DNA of 64,000 nucleotides from Candidatus Micrarchaeota archaeon (GTDB lineage Archaea; Micrarchaeota; Micrarchaeia; Micrarchaeales; CABMGC01): NCBI GenBank assembly GCA_027328425.1, contig DAHVUT010000017.1, positions 1,777 to 65,776 of the forward strand, read 5' to 3'. Shown piece by piece: positions 63,570 to 64,000 of this stretch (position 1 is its first letter; each line of letters starts with the position of its first letter). The notes under the pieces were generated by a model. It saw only the letters and a program-made list of their open reading frames with translations, ran no database searches and was not told where the DNA came from. The position numbers and the translations under genes were made by a program.

Positions 63570-64000
63570 ACGTGTCATGCGTTAGTAGCAGTGGGCTCAC
63601 GGATCGCTTGCGCTCTCCGCTTACACCCCTGCCCTATCAAGATCCTGTATTAGGATCGCCATAATGTCTCGTTTCGGATCGGGCTTCGTCCTTAGATGCT
63701 TTCAGGACTTATCCCTTGGCGCGTGGCTACCCGGCAATGCTTTCAACAACCGGTAAACTAGTGGCGCCGATGCCATATTCCTCTCGTACTAACGGCATCT
63801 TATCCTCTGACATTGACACTCCCAGTAGATATCACCGTCCTGCCTCGCGGCGGACTTAACTCAGCTCATGTAGGTCTTTAACGGGCGAGCAGCCCGACCC
63901 TTGGCAGTTTCTGCGCCACCAGGATGACCTAAGCCCATATCGGTGTATCAAACGGCTGGGTCGATGTGAACTCTCACCAGCCACGAACCGGTTACCTCCA
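63570..64000 (-). rRNA. rrl: 23S rRNA, 3'-terminal ~430 nt (continues beyond the window); 3' end placed +/-20 nt
   Basis: The reverse complement contains the conserved GGATAAGTCCTGAAAGCATCTAAGG...GATAGGGCAGGGGTGTAAGCGGAGAGCG...CTACTAACGC 3'-domain motifs. Confidence 0.85.

Overview
This is an archaeal chromosomal segment. It is densely coded with archaeal informational and housekeeping genes: FEN1, aCPSF1, fibrillarin, RtcB, Trm1, class-I CCA-adding enzyme, proteasome beta, aMBF1, NreA, FtsZ-SecE, AsnRS/AspRS, H+-PPase, and the 3' end of a 23S rRNA on the minus strand at the right edge. Metabolic content is a complete lipoate and 2-oxoacid dehydrogenase neighbourhood (lipA, lplA/lplB, E1alpha-E1beta-E2-E3), a Ni-superoxide dismutase with its maturation protease, and a glycosylation cluster. 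ATA/AGG-rich codon usage and the gene set suggest a Thermoplasmata- or DPANN-like acidophile, but that is inference only. Three accessory insertions stand out. (1) Positions 1-9.7 kb hold a virus/plasmid-like module next to tRNA-Pro. It has 18 co-directional, translationally coupled genes and ends in a structural-looking operon: two paralogous two-TM proteins, a membrane protein, a Zn-ribbon, and a >1,140 aa low-complexity ORF. That ORF runs off the window and is missing from the supplied ORF track. (2) A lower-GC block (RelE plus an RHH antitoxin, a PNPOx-like protein and a twice-frameshifted SDR) is inserted between E2 and E3 of the dehydrogenase operon. (3) An AT-rich island of about 4 kb sits at tRNA-Ala. 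It carries a Fic protein, a DUF4143-type ATPase and a Cys-to-Ser pyroglutamyl-peptidase homologue. It is punctuated by tRNA-Ala 3' fragments and abuts a truncated ABC ATPase gene. Other notable items are a tRNA-Leu with a 13-nt T-loop insertion, a histidine kinase paired with a wHTH-REC response regulator carrying a degenerate GGDEF-like (NGDDF) domain, and a GC-rich hairpin motif repeated in two unusually long intergenic regions. All functional calls come from motifs read by eye; no database searches were run. Many starts in the ORF track (longest ATG/GTG/TTG) look over-extended, and I trimmed them where an internal ATG with an SD-like GGTG/GGAGG element or a neighbouring stop supports it.
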